From contig OX597815.1 of the NCBI GenBank assembly GCA_951406725.2, positions 95,294,001-95,358,000 of the forward strand: a stretch of DNA of 64,000 bases, written 5' to 3'. Positions 1 through 13,734 of the stretch are shown piece by piece (the stretch's first letter is position 1; every line of letters begins with the position of its first letter). Made by a program: the position numbers and the translations under genes. The stretch comes from Octopus vulgaris (taxonomy: Eukaryota). A model generated the notes under the pieces. That model saw only the letters and a program-made list of their open reading frames with translations, was not told where the DNA came from and searched no databases.

Positions 1-386
1 TTTTTGTTATGTATTTGTCTGAATATTTTTTATCATGCCTAATGCACCTACTATGATAGGAATTGTTTCTGTTTTCAGATTCCACATTCTAGTTACCTCT
101 ATTTCCAGGTCTTTGTATTTTGAGAGTTTCTCCATTTCTTTTAGAGACACGTTGTCATCTGCCGGTATTGATACATCAATTAGAAAGCATTTTTTTCTTC
201 ATGATCTCTGGCAACTATATCTGGTCTGTTGGCCTTAATTTCTCTATCTGTGTGTATCGGCATATCCCAGAGTATGGTTGCTTTCTCGTTTTCTGTGACC
301 TTTTCTGGTGTGTGCCTATACCATCTTTTTTCTGTTGTTATTCCATAATGTTGGCATAGCTTCCAATGTATGTAGGTTCCAACTCT
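1..386 (-). mobile_element. 5'-truncated R4/Dong non-LTR retrotransposon fragment (endonuclease region), runs off the window edge
   Basis: Near-identical to ~587-957 of the adjacent copy; begins at a short (TAA)n that separates the two tandem copies. Confidence 0.85.
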
Positions 387-401
387 ATTATTATTATTAT
401 T

Positions 402-3152
402 CAGTAGTTTTATTTTTATAGCGTGTTTTCACTTCACTACCGAGCACAGCTCTGTGTGCCTTGGGTATGTGCTGTGATTTGTTGTGATGCTCTCATGGTT
501 ATTGTATGGAAAGTGTTCTGCGTAGGATGTGTGCAGTGCCTAGTAGTGCAATTTTCTTTATGTTATATGTGTTTGTAAGTCCTGGTGTTTTTGTTATGTA
601 TTTGTCTGAATATTTTTTTATCATGCCTAATGCACCTACTATGATAGGAATTGTTTCTGTTTTCAGATTCCACATTCTAGTTACCTCTATTTCCAGGTCT
701 TTGTATTTTGAGAGTTTCTCCATTTCTTTTAGAGACACGTTGTCATCAGCCGGTATTGATACATCAATTAGAAAGCATTTTTTTTCTTCATGATCTCTGA
801 CAACTCTATCTGGTCTGTTGGCCTTAATTTCTCTATCTGTGTGTATAGGCATATCCCAGAGTATGGTTGCTTTCTCGTTTTCTGTGACCTTTTCTGGTGT
901 GTGCCTGTACCATCTTTTTTCTGTTGTTATTCCATAATGTTGGCATAGCTTCCAACTCTGTCATGTCTGTGAATATATTCCTTCTTAGCCAAGACTGGGC
1001 AGCTAGAGATAATATGATTTATTGTTTCTTGTCCATCTCCACATATTCTGCAGTTACTTGTAATATTTCTTTTCATTACATGTTTTTGGTAATTTCTGGT
1101 GGGGAGGCTTTGGTCTTGTGCTGCAATTAAAAATCCCTCTGTTTCTGCTTTGAGTCCTGAGCTTCTCAACCATTGCTGGGATTTTTCTTTGTCTATTTCT
1201 TTTGCGTTTAGTTTAGTCCAGTATTTACCATGAAGGGGCTTTTCTTGCCATCGTTTTATCATGGTTCGTTGCTGTTCTATTTTTAGTTTGGATTCCATTT
1301 GTTTTATAGCTTTTGTTGTTTCTTCATCTTCTTCTTCTTCTTCTTCTTCATGTTTATTAGGTGGTATGATTTCTTGTTTGTATTTGTCAGCTTCCTTAAA
1401 TACTGAGAACAGTTTTTTGTTTTGCTCGTGTTTTGCCGCTATCTGGATCAGTTTTCCTTCCTTCCGAAGTAGATATTTTTGCATTCCTATGGTGGTTATT
1501 TTATAGTAGTTTTCCAGCTGTATAAGGCCTCTACCACCTTCTATACGTTGTATATATAGTCTTTCTATGTCAGATTTTGGGTGATGCATCCTAGATCCTG
1601 TCATTATTTTTCTTGTTTTCCTATCTATTTTGGTCAGTTCATTTCGTGTCCAGTTAAGGATATTGTTGCTGTAACTTAATAACTGGGACAGCTAAAGTGT
1701 TGATACCTATTATCTTGTTTTTAGCATTGAGCTCTGTGTTTAGTATTGATCTAACTCGTCTATAATATTCTTTTTTTACTTTCTCTTTCATTTGTGTGTG
1801 TTGTGTCTTATCTAGTTCATGGATTCCTAAGTATTTGTAAGTTTGGCTTTGGTCTAATTCTTTTATTTCATTGGTTTTATCTAGTGTGATGTTGTTACTC
1901 TTAACTAGTTTTCCTCTTTTCATGGTTACTTTGGCGCATTTTTCTAATCCAAATTTCATATCTATTTCTTTGGTAAATCCATGAACTGTCTTTAATAGTG
2001 TTTCCAGCTGTTTGTCATTTGCAGCGTATAGTTTTAGGTCATCCATATATAAAAGGTGGCTGATCGTTTTGCCGTAACATTTATATCCGCATCCAGTTCT
2101 ATTTAGCATATCAGATAGAGGTGACAGTGCCAAACAGAAAAGGAGTGGAGAGAGCGTGTCTCCCTGGAATATTCCTCTTCTAATGGGGATGTCTTTGGTT
2201 TTCATGAGTCCCTCTTTTGTTTGGAGGTGTAGGACTGTTTGCCATTTATTCATAGAGTGCTCTATGAATTTTATGATTGTTGGTGCTACTTTGTTAATGG
2301 CTAGTGTTTCGAGGATCCATGTGTTGGGGATGCTATCAAACGCCTTTTTGTAGTCAATCCAGGCCATACTGAGGCCTTTCTTCTTTCTGTGGCTGTCTTC
2401 AGTTACGGCTTTATTAATCATTAGTTGATCTTTACAGCCATATGAGCCTTTGCGGCATACTTTCTGCTCTTCTGGGAACAGTTTGTTTTCGTCCAGGTGC
2501 TTGTTCAGCCTTTGCGATATCACTGCAGTAAATGCCTTGAACATAGTAGGGAGGCAGGTTATTGGTCTGTAGTTTCTGGTTTTTCTGTTTCATTTGATTT
2601 GAGAATTAAGATGGTTTTCCCCTTCGTGAGCCATTCAGGCATTGTCTCTGCTCTGCTAGTACTTTGTTAAAGTTTTCAGCCAGCTTTTGTGCATTCCTGT
2701 TAGATATTTCAACCAGAAGTTGGGGATCTTGTCATGCCCAGGTGCCTTCCAGTTGCTTAGTCTTTGCAGTGCCTGGGTGACCTCTTCAGTTGTTATGGGG
2801 GTCCAAAGTTGTTCAGATGCCGAGTTTGTTATTCTGATACTCCTTTTTTTTGGCTGTTCGTTCGCCGACCATATTTCTCCCCAGAATTCTTCCAATTCTT
2901 CTGCCGTTGGTGCTGCAGTGACTTCTATTTTATTTTTTCCCAGTTCTTGGTAGAACTTTTTGGGGTTAGAGTTGAACTTTTTGTTTTCTTCAAAGAAGCG
3001 TTGGCGTTTCTTGTACCGGCGGATCCTTTGTGCTTTGGCAAGGATATCTTGCTTCAGCTTTTCTTTTATTTCAGGCAAATCTTTCTCTGTGATGTTATAT
3101 TTGCGGAGTATTTTTGTTCTCTTTTTGTTGCTCCGTAGCGTTGATTGTTTGC
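402..3152 (-). mobile_element. R4/Dong-clade non-LTR retrotransposon, 5'-truncated and frameshifted (RT + CCHC finger + restriction-like endonuclease)
   Basis: ORF pieces 2656-3152, 1654-2544 (WIDYKKAFDS, GIFQGDTLSP, YMDDLKL), 927-1604 (CRICGDGQETINHIISSC, RHD) and 499-852 (NRPD..DVSIP..EKLSKY..ALLGTAHILRR). Both ends abut (TAA)n, the known Dong target. Confidence 0.92.
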
Positions 3153-3240
<88 letters not shown>

Positions 3241-3363
3241 CAACATTATTATCATTATTATCATTATTATTATCATTATTATTATTATTATCATTATTAT
3301 CATTATTATCATTATTATCATTATTATTATTATTATTATTAATATTATTATTATTATTATTAT
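3153..3363. repeat. (TTA)n/(TCA) microsatellite
   Basis: Directly visible. Confidence 0.98.
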
Positions 3364-3364
3364 C

Positions 3365-3970
3365 CCATTGGTTTGTATTTTATTTCATCTTTCGACAGTG
3401 TCTCAACCAGAGACACACGGCACGTACATATTTGATGGAGAGAAACTTCTTGAGAATGTGGGCGGTTGATGTCAACACAATTTTTTGCGTTTCATACATT
3501 TTTGGTTTCCCAGGGATCTGTTGAAGAAAAGTTGTCAGTAACTTTCTTGATTATTCTCTGGGCACCTACAACAACAACGAGAATGGTTTGGAGTTTTAAT
3601 TGCCACATCATTTCAATATTTCAAATTTAATGTTCATATCTTTCGACAGTTTTACTAATTCCTTTGCTGAGATGTTTCTGCCCATAGACACTGTCGTATC
3701 AATTAACAGACATAATTTTTGTTTTAAGTCTTTGATGACGATGTCTCGGTTGTTAGTATTTATTTGTCTATCCCTATGTATCCCATAATCTCATAGGCTG
3801 GTAACATTCTCGCCATCAGTTACTGGCGTTCAAAACAGTTCTTAGGGTGCAGGATATCATAGTGACGGTATAAGCTCCAGTTCAAGTATTGACCAACTCG
3901 TTCATGCCTGGTTTTATATTCTGTAAGGGCAAGAACTGAACAACCGGCAACTATGTGGTCAATACTCTCA
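3365..3970 (-). mobile_element. Older, diverged R4/Dong 3' fragment
   Basis: Manual minus-strand translation: ESIDHIVAGCSVLALTEYKTRHERVGQYLNW...NNRDIVIKDLKQKLCLLIDTTV...KELVKLSK, with stops and frameshifts. Confidence 0.75.
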
Positions 3971-3971
3971 A

Positions 3972-4122
3972 GCTAGTCGCTTAGGAACAGCAAGGGTTAT
4001 CAGGAGGACCTTAAACACATTAAAGACTGTTGAAAGATTGCGGACATCTATGGTTACAGAAAGTAACCTGTTACTCACATACATCCTCCCACGAATAAGA
4101 CCGGACCTAAGACAAACCATGA
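3972..4122 (+). mobile_element. Extreme 3' end of another R4/Dong-like family
   Basis: Translates ASRLGTARVIRRTLNT (compare ALLGTAHILRRTLS), then a short UTR and a (TAA/CAA)n tail. Confidence 0.6.
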
Positions 4123-4399
4123 TAATAATAACAATAACAATAATAACAACAACAAAATAATAATAATAATAACAATAATAGTAGTAGTAGTAGTATAGTA
4201 ATATTTTAAAAAGGATTGACGTAACTCTTCACAAATGTAAACAGTCAGGAGGAAGAGCAGGATTAGATTGTAAGATATTTTATTAGTCGAATGATATTTC
4301 AACAGAACGTCTGTATTTGTCAAGATCAAAATAAGAAGTGATAAAAATTCAAAATTACAGAAATTTAAAAGTAAAGTTTGAACTAGAGCAACTAGCGCC

Positions 4400-6450
4400 A
4401 ACACGTTGATGGAATGACATCATCCGTTTTTAAGTTACAATTTTATAACAGTCAAAAAGAAAAGGACAAAAAAAAAACAGGAAAAAAGAAGACGACAGAA
4501 AAAATGGAAAGAAAACGAGAGAAAGAAGAATATTTAATCAAACAGCATTTTATAAATTTGATGATATTCTCCTGCCATGTTATTCATTCCTCCAGGGAGT
4601 GATGTTAATAACCTGATAACATTTCTCCTCATACATTCTGAGAAGTAAAAGTGAAGCAGATTCAGAATATTTTCTGGGAATATGCACTTTCAAGTCTTCT
4701 GCAAAATTGCAGCCGCTTGAAATGAAATTTTCAGCATGTTCGGTCGAACTACTGTTATTGTGCCTGACGTCGAATCCCTGCCCATTTAAACAATATTGGT
4801 TGATTATCCTGTTGTAAAACCAATATAAATTAAGTTGTGTTTTGTGCATTCTGCAGCATACACCATACATGATTCTTTACATGTTCCACCTTCTGTATAA
4901 ATCATAACATTTCTGTTATGATTTCTGATGGAATTCACTTCACTCATGTTGTTGCACAATGAACAGGGCTTACCTATCATGCGGCTGTTCTATAAGGTAC
5001 AGCGTGCAGAAACTCCAATGTTCGTTTTCTCGGAGTCAGATATAGAGGTCAATAATTCTCTTATATTCTTATTCCATTTAAAGGCTACAATAGCCGGTTG
5101 AGGAAATATCTGTTTCAAACGAGGATATTTTTTTGCCACATGCTGGTAACTCTCATGCAATACTTTTGAAATGCCAGCGAAATGTCGGTGCCAGCTAATC
5201 TGTCATTTATTGTATTGTGTTTGCTAAAATTATGCGCGTAGGTTTGACTATCTTTGCTAATCTTAGCTATTTCATTAGCTATTCTCTTTAATCGTGATTC
5301 ACTGTAACCGCGTTTAATATGACATAAAAAAGTATTTGCATGTTTCCAGTAATCCCATATGTCAGTACAAATCCGTTTTATCCTCAAAAATTGGGATTTC
5401 GGATTTAACCGAATAAGATGATGTGGATGATCGGAGCGGCGGTGGAGATAAATGGGGGATGACGTGGGCTTGCAAAATAACTCTGTCACTATTCTGCCTC
5501 CAGAAAACTTGACTTTTGTGTCCAAAAATTTAACGCGAGTTTTTGAAAAACTAGACGCAAATTTTATGTTGGACTTAAAGTCATAGTTTCTAGGATAACA
5601 GTTACAGAAATGCAAGAAGTCCATTAAAATATCCTGTGATACTTCCCAGACAAAAAATACATCGTCACTGAACCAGAACCAGAGTATTGGTTAATGAACA
5701 TGAAGGGATTTGAATGTCTTCAGTAACTGTGTCTCGAATTCCGTCATGAAGACATTAGTGAAATTAACTGCCATGTGGGGGGGGGGATACCCGTAGCGCA
5801 ATCCTTCGCCTGGTGGTAAAAGCTTTGTCTAAACTTCATTGTGTTACTTTCTTACACAAACCTCAATAATCTACAGAGAAAATTTGAGGGAATACTTTTC
5901 TTTGACCGCGTTTCGAAGGCGCCCATGCATGCTTCTAATCCTCGGTGCTTAAAAAAATTGTTGGTTTTAGATACAAAATCAAAGATATCTAGAATATAGG
6001 AAAGCGATCGTTTTGCGACGGGGAGTAGAAAGCGAGCCAGCCATTCCGAAATTTTGGCCGTGCAAAATTTATATCCACTGCAAATTGGACGCATTGGAAG
6101 AAAACTTTCGGACAATTTGTGTATTTTAGGGTGACCATAAGATACGGATGTTCTTCTTTCTGAACTTAACATCTTACATTTAGCCTTATTAACGAAATTG
6201 ATTTCCCCCATTTCCAGAATTATTTTGTCAGGTTCCTCTATGACATTGGTGTTTGGATCGACAGGTAATTCTTCATATGAAGTTTTAAAACTTCTTCACT
6301 AGCCGAAATATACTCACTTTGTTTTCCATAATTACGATAGCACCTCCCTAATCTGCCATCTTAATAACAATAGAATCGTTAATTACTAGACGCCGAAGTG
6401 CGTAACGTTGAGAATTTGTGAGGTTACACCAGGACTTCTCCCTTCTTGTT
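4400..6450 (-). mobile_element. Decayed Penelope-like element (RT + C-terminal GIY-YIG)
   Basis: YGHPKIHK..PMRPICSG (5852-6211); WFSDDVFFVW (~5645-5680); FLDT..CKPT..YLHRRSDHP..SQFLRIKRIC (5115-5624); GIY-YIG motif CKESCMVYAAECTKHNLIYIGFT (~4810-4890). Confidence 0.88.
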
Positions 6451-7033
6451 TAGTCTATACAGACGCAGACACAGGTCGAATCATATGAAAAAGAAGGTGA
6501 ACAAAATGAAATACAAAAATATTGCATAGAAACGTCTTTGAATGTGAATTAAACTTTGTGTAATTCGTTGTAGGATATAAATAATATAACTACTTGCTTA
6601 TCAGGAAACTTTAAAGTTAGATTAATTTAATTTTTTTTTTGTTTTCAATTGTCACCATTATAGATATTTATACTCCGGTGAAATTAAGAAATCATTTCAT
6701 AAATAAGCGAAACCCTCGAATCCATCCCTGTACATTCAAACACACACGCACGCACACATGTGCGCGTGCACACTCACATGTGCGCACACATATACACAGA
6801 TACACACACACACGCACACACACATACACGCAGAAAGAAGATAATGAAATCGTATTTTCATAATTTTGAGTCACTCACCCAATAAGTATTTCTGCCAAAT
6901 TTGGTGAAAATCCAGTTTTACAGTAATTTTGCAAACACCCAAACGGAGACGAGTGATTACAATATCCTGCTTTCGCATATACTTTCAGAGTAATAGTAAT
7001 TATTAAATGATAACAACAACAACAATAATAATC

Positions 7034-7176
7034 TTTTCTACTCTAGGTACGAGGCCCGAAATTTTTGAGGTGGGGACCAGTCGATTAGGTCGATCCCAAT
7101 TCGCAACTGGTACCTAATTTATCGACCCTGAAAGGATGAAAAGCCAAATCGACCTGGGCGGAATTTGAACTCAGAA
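7034..7176 (-). mobile_element. tRNA-derived SINE fragment (Meta/MESC-like core)
   Basis: Minus strand has B-box GAGTTCAAATTCC followed by TTTCATCCTTTCAGGGTCGATAAA; the same family recurs at 42.2, 42.5, 45.6, 45.8 and 52.5 kb. Confidence 0.75.
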
Positions 7177-7241
7177 ATTTCGCTGAAGTCGACTTTATAA
7201 TACTATTTGTATCAATGATAATAATAATAATAATAATAATA

Positions 7242-7656
<415 letters not shown>

Positions 7657-9004
7657 TAATAATAATAATAACAATAATAATAATAGTAACAGTGATTATA
7701 AGAAGACGAATTAGGAAAATATTGCACGAAGAGAATGAAAATGAAGGACGAATTCCTAAACAACACCGTGCAAAATACCTAGTTTCTTCGCTCTAAGCAC
7801 TTCACGGGTAAACCCTGCTGGCGGAAATTATATGCTTGTAGAATTTACCTGAACTCTATCATGGGTCCAGTAGCAATGCCCATTCAAGGAATTTTTAGAA
7901 GTTATCCATTTTTTCTGAGCTAAAAGTTCTTGGGAATACGCAAAGTGTTGATTCTTATCGATGATTATGAGAAACGTCTCTTCATTTGCAATGAGCGTTT
8001 TCAAAATTGCGGGAACGAAACGAAAAAATCTAGTTTACTATTTTCTTTTAGGGAAGGCAGGCTTGTTAGAACCAACACTTTAAGTGACTGAGAGATTTAG
8101 CGATATAGATTATTTATATCAAGATTCTTCCTTCGAAGAACGTATCACAATTTATCCACTTAGAAAAAGACGTTGTATAACGTGGTCCTCTGTACCCTGC
8201 ATATAGGAAAAATGATCACTGTTGGAATTCTGTGGCCATAGGGTTTATCATAACTATGATAAAATGTTTTATTAATCACGAAAGGTGGTACTAAACAACA
8301 AATATGTAATTGCTAATTACGCATAATTTTGTTTTAAGGATGTGTATCGAACCTTTCCAAAATATATATTGCTGCAACTTGACCATAATGTCTATTTCCC
8401 TACATGTATAAAGCTAATGTCTATTCTTGGCGGCTATCGCATTATATTCAACGATATGCTTAAACTTATGTAAATTTACGAATGTATTGAACATAGCACA
8501 TTTCTAAGCCGATTTCTGCATATAAATACATAAATTCCCATCTGAATGTTTGTCATTGTAGTTTTATTTGATATGGCTGTAAATGCAAAAGATTGAATTC
8601 ATTTTCATATAAAGCCTTTTGAAATATCATATTAAAATCTGTCGATGTGAATAGCATATATGTTTCGATATGAAAGTTATTTCGTCAAAGTGAATTAACG
8701 TGGCCCTTGAGGCTTGCAAAATTTTAAATTTCTTTATGTAAGACGATGGGATCTAATGTCAGTCTAAATAATTGAATATAAAGCAGGCTGTAAGCAGTTT
8801 ATTCTCTAGTCCTGTGCCTCGCAGTCGTAGTCAGAGAATCAGAATGGATTCAGGTTCGAGAATTGGAAGAAACAGAATTATTAGCAAAAGGAATTTGTCA
8901 GTATTTTTGCATTCATATTTAATAATCTCTTCATTCCGAAAAGATGATAATCTCAATAAGTTAGTATACATGTTTTAAACAGAAATTATGAAATATTATT
9001 CACT

Positions 9005-9215
9005 TATACTTTTACGCGTTAAGTCATTTGACTGCAGCTCCGCGTTAATGTGTTTTAGTCGGAGAAATCGACCCCAGGACTTATTTCTTTAAGACGAGTA
9101 CTTATTCTATCAGTCTGTTTTGCCCAACTGCTAAGTTACGGGGAAATAAACATACCAATAGCGATTGTCAAGCAATGGGAGGGAGGGGGGGGCAAACACA
9201 AAGAGAGACAGATAC
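9005..9215 (-). mobile_element. SINE 3' half (second SINE family)
   Basis: Similar to the diverged plus-strand copy at 27585-27800. Confidence 0.6.
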
Positions 9216-9329
9216 ACACATAAATACATATACATATTACTTTAGATTTTCGAAGGCTTGGTCATTATTCAGAACCCCAGCAGACATCAATCATCCAAAT
9301 TATCAATCATTCAAAGTACTTCCTCGTTC

Positions 9330-9453
9330 GCTCACCACTCACTCACTCACTCATTCACTCATTCACACACTCATTCACTCACTGACTCACTGACTCACTG
9401 ACTCACTCATTTCCTCACTCACTCACTCACTCCCACACATATCGTGTGTATGC

Positions 9454-9511
<58 letters not shown>

Positions 9512-9660
9512 TATACATACATATGTATACACACATACATATACATATGTATACGCATATACATATACATATATATACATACATATATATACATATATAT
9601 ACATATATATATACATATATATATACATATATATACATATATATACATACATATATATAC

Positions 9661-9691
<31 letters not shown>

Positions 9692-9718
9692 CATACATAT
9701 ATATATATATATACATAC

Positions 9719-9765
<47 letters not shown>

Positions 9766-9780
9766 CATACATGCATACAT
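9330..9780. repeat. (CACT)n and (TA/CA)n microsatellites
   Basis: Directly visible. Confidence 0.97.
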
Positions 9781-10695
9781 TAATACTAATAGTATGACAA
9801 CAAAATAATGAATGAGACCTCGATATTATGTAAATTGAAGAATTTATCTGTAATATAATATGCGACGATTATTCGTTTGCCATAATAAGACTCCGAGTTT
9901 TGGATGTCGGGGCGGAAATCTGATTCAGCATATCATCAGTAATGAAGACAAACAAAAATGCTATGAAAATGACCGTTAAACAAAGGGAAATTACTATTTA
10001 GATGGCCGCTATTAAAACAAACAAAAGAGCTATTAGAAAGACCGTTAAATAAAGGGAAAAAACCGAAGGGGAGAAAGTGAAAAAACGCTTAAAGAAATCG
10101 CGTATGCGCGCATGCACATACATACACATGCGCGCACACACGCCCACGTATATCTGCATATATGCAGATGCTCACTCATACTCGCGTGAAACACATAGCC
10201 GCTCACCCACAAACGTGGATGTCAACGTATATGTTTCACGAGAGTGTGAGCAAGCATATGGATATATAGCATGTGCTTATTTAGACGTGTATATAATACA
10301 ATTGTGCGAGTATGAGTAAGTGTACGTATGTGTGTGTGTGTGGGTGCGGATTTGCATATGCGTACATGTGTAATGCTGCCTATATATGTGCACATATAGG
10401 TTTGTGTGTGGGCGTGCATGCATGCGTTTCTTGCGAGTGTGATGAGCATATGCATACATGCACATGTACGTGGGTGTGCGTGTGCAAATTTGTATGTATT
10501 TACATGCGCGCATACGCGAATCCTAAGAGCGATTTTACTTAATCCCTTTCAGGTTTTTCCACTTTATTTAACGTTCATTTTCATAGCATTTTTGTTTGTC
10601 TTAATAACTGACGAGATGTCGGAGCAGCTTTCCGACCCGACATCCGAAACTAGGAGTTTTATTATGGCAACCGAATAATTGTCACATATTACATA
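9781..10695. mobile_element. Non-coding fold-back element with hammerhead-like motifs in both arms (PLE-type)
   Basis: Arm ~9860-10210 is an imperfect inverted copy of ~10400-10695; left arm has a ~60-bp internal duplication and an extra tail at 9781-9860; flanked by (TA)n. Confidence 0.8.
10602..10664 (+). ncRNA. Type I hammerhead ribozyme-like motif
   Basis: TAATAA-CTGACGA-GATGTCGG..CCGACATC-C-GAAAC-TAGGA-GTT-TTATTA: stem I TAATAA/TTATTA, 8-bp stem II, triplet GUU. Confidence 0.7.
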
Positions 10696-10699
10696 TATG

Positions 10700-10757
<58 letters not shown>

Positions 10758-10781
10758 TAGATATGCATATATATATATATA

Positions 10782-11161
10782 CACTTGCGTCAGAAATTAA
10801 TTAGCACTTCTCAAATTTCTACATTAAATAGGTTAAATCAATTAACCTATGACCTGTTCAAAACGTCTTACGCGATGAGAAAACTTAGTATGGTGTGATT
10901 TCGGTCCTTGCGAGGCGCTATCTATATCTATTAAACAAAGGAATATTTGTCTGCATCCGCACTCCAAGTTGTTGTTGCACTGCTCTGTCAACATCATAAG
11001 GCTGTAGACTCTCAAGCTGCTCTGCAAACAAAGTTATGTCATCGTTCTGCGCAAAAGTGAACTCGCAACAAAGCAATAATTCGAGATATGGCCCCTAGGT
11101 GACAGCACATACCTTGAGTGAAGAGCAAATCAAGGGTGCTAATTAATTTCTGACGCTAATG
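10782..11161. mobile_element. Tc1/mariner-type MITE
   Basis: 26-bp TIRs CACTTGCGTCAGAAATTAATTAGCAC / GTGCTAATTAATTTCTGACGCTAATG, TA-flanked. Confidence 0.85.
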
Positions 11162-11231
11162 TATATATATATATATATACTAGCATTAAAGACCAGTCGT
11201 TGCCGGGTCATAGTGCTAGTGCATGTATATA

Positions 11232-12285
11232 TTGATTGATTGATTGATTGATTTTAGTTTCAGCTCACGAGCTGTGGCCATGCTGGGGCACCGCCATTTG
11301 GTGTTGCTACATGGTTTTACTTCACGAATGCTTTTTAGCAACTGTCATTTGGTGCCTGAGAGAGTTCGATGCAGCTGCCCTCATCTGCACCTCCTGCCGT
11401 GAAGTTGGTTCATCTGGAATACCTGACAAGAAGAGATCCAGTTTCATTTTAAAGACATCTGCATCCACCCCATGCAGGTCTCTTAGGTTCTTCGGGAGGA
11501 TATTGAAGAGCTGTGGGCCTCGGAAGCCCAGGCTATCAGAGTATCTTGTCCTACATCTTGATGGCAAATTTGGAGTCCTTGGCACCACGCAGTGGCGCCT
11601 AGTTCTGGCATTTGTGTAACTCTCGATGCCAAAGTTTGGGACAAGTCCTTCCAGGATCTTCCAGATGTATATTATGGCATATCTTTCTCGCCTACGCTCC
11701 AAGGAATAGAGTTTTAATCTCTTGAGTCTTTCCTAGTAGCTTATATGCTGCACAGAGGCTATCTTCTTCGTGTAGCTACGTTGGATCGCCTCAAGTTCTG
11801 TGATCAGCTTGACACTGGATGGTGACGATAGCTGAGAGCAATAGTCAAAGTGGCTTAGGACATGTGTCCTCCAGAGGACCATCATGGTTTCTTGTTCTCT
11901 TGTTCTAAAGGTTCTAAGAATCCATCCGGCCAGTCGTCTACATTTCATTGTCAATTTAGCAACATGTACACGAAAGGTTGCGTCATCACTCATGTAAATA
12001 CCCAGGTCACGCACTGATTTTGCCTCTGGGATTGCAATTCATCCGGGTCCAGTGTATTCATTGGGTATTGCATTTAGTTTTGCATGCTGATAGCATAAAT
12101 CTTGAAACTTTTCAGCATTGAACTGCATGCTATTCTTTGCAGCCCACTTGTATATTTTGTCCAGCTCACATTGCAGGCGTTTAGTGTCCTCAGGGTTCTG
12201 TATTGCCTGTGAAAGTTTTGTATCATCTGCATAACTTGTGATCGTGGCTCTCTGTGTGGCTGAGGGCATGTCTGAGAGGGCCATT
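11232..12285 (-). mobile_element. CR1-group LINE 3' fragment (RT C-terminus), decayed
   Basis: YADDTKL, RDLG, FDYCSQL, ERRRERYAIIYIWKIL in three broken ORFs; (ATCA)n tail. Confidence 0.88.
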
Positions 12286-12402
12286 ATGTGTATGATTTTT
12301 GATATTTGTGTGTGTATGTATATATATATATATATATATGGACATTTTACCGATGTGTTAAATTATAAGACACCAAAAGAGAATGATTCTGCCATATATA
12401 TC

Positions 12403-12512
<110 letters not shown>

Positions 12513-12557
12513 CATACACGTATATGTATGTATGCATAAATGCGCATATATGTATAT

Positions 12558-13734
12558 ACTAGCATGAAAGGCCCGTCGTTGGCGGGTCATAGTGCTAGTG
12601 CATGTATATTTGTGTATATATATGTGTACATATTACATGTACATCTATATATATACATCTACACATAAAATCCAAAATACAAAGTTACATATCGCTAGTG
12701 ATAACAATACGCAAAATATATAACAGACTGGAATTGTTAGCCCGTCTCTTGTAATTTCGATCAATTGTATCATGTCCTCCCTCTTGTATAGAAGTGTGGC
12801 TACAATCCAGACTACCTCTACTTCTGGGGGAGGGGGCATTTTAAATTTTTTTCCGGAACGTCCTAAGTCCCAGATATAAAGGTATAAATAAAATATTTCC
12901 ACTTTGCAAGTTCGAGTCGAGTGCTCTCTTGCACGCTCCGTTGACTCGAAACTTGCTTCTATTGTGGCGAATTTACCGCCTCTGATTAGATGTCTTTCAT
13001 AGTCACACCAAGACACGTTTCGAATGTGCTTTCCTCCATGTGTTCAAATCTTCTTTTTTCTTTACATTGTATACTTTATAGACAATAGTCTTTTCTTTAA
13101 TTTAATTTTTTTATTATCCATCTGGACTATTCCATTTCTGCACGCTAATTTTATTTTTAATTTATTCCCATTCATGTGAAACCACTTATTTAAGTTCAAC
13201 TCATTGATGCAATTTTATACCAATTGCTATTTTTATTTTTTTATGTTACGATTATATTATACTTTAGTTTGATTTAATTATTACTTACTAAATATAATTC
13301 AATTGTTATTATTATTTTTATTGTTAAAGTGAAAGTATCTGACATAAAATAGAGAAATGCTTTTGTTTCACTTTTAACACGTAATACTGAAATAGTGGAG
13401 AAGATATGATATTGCTATGGGCTCGCTCTAGGCAAGAAGTTGAACTTTTTTTCCCATGAAACTACATGGATCCTAAGTAAGGCATGAGTAAAATGTGAAT
13501 GAAATTGGTTGTTCAGTTCTCAGCTTTTAGGGAATCGTAGTGGAGAAGATATGATATTGCTGTGGGCTCGCCCTAGGCAAAAAGTTAAAAAGTTAAACAT
13601 TTGTTTTGCCGATGACACTCCCCGGATCCTAAGTAAGGCATGTGTAAAGTTTGAATGAAATTGGTTGTGTAGTTCTCAAGTTTTAGGGAAACACACAGAC
13701 AGACAGACACACATTCTCAGTTTTATATATATAA

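Noticed and set aside
2960-3524. Poly-I/L/Y/S ORFs (also at 7467, 33219 and 56036)
   Set aside because: Trinucleotide microsatellite read-through.
4385-4430. Possible hammerhead at the 3' end of the 4.4-kb PLE
   Set aside because: Core reads CGGATGA and GAAA is missing; too degraded to call.
9423-9808. Long YI/IY/CV/HT-rich ORFs here and at 12.3, 16.9, 17.7, 20.4, 26.1, 41.1, 48.3, 53.4, 59.1 and 63.4 kb
   Set aside because: Translations of dinucleotide and tetranucleotide microsatellites.
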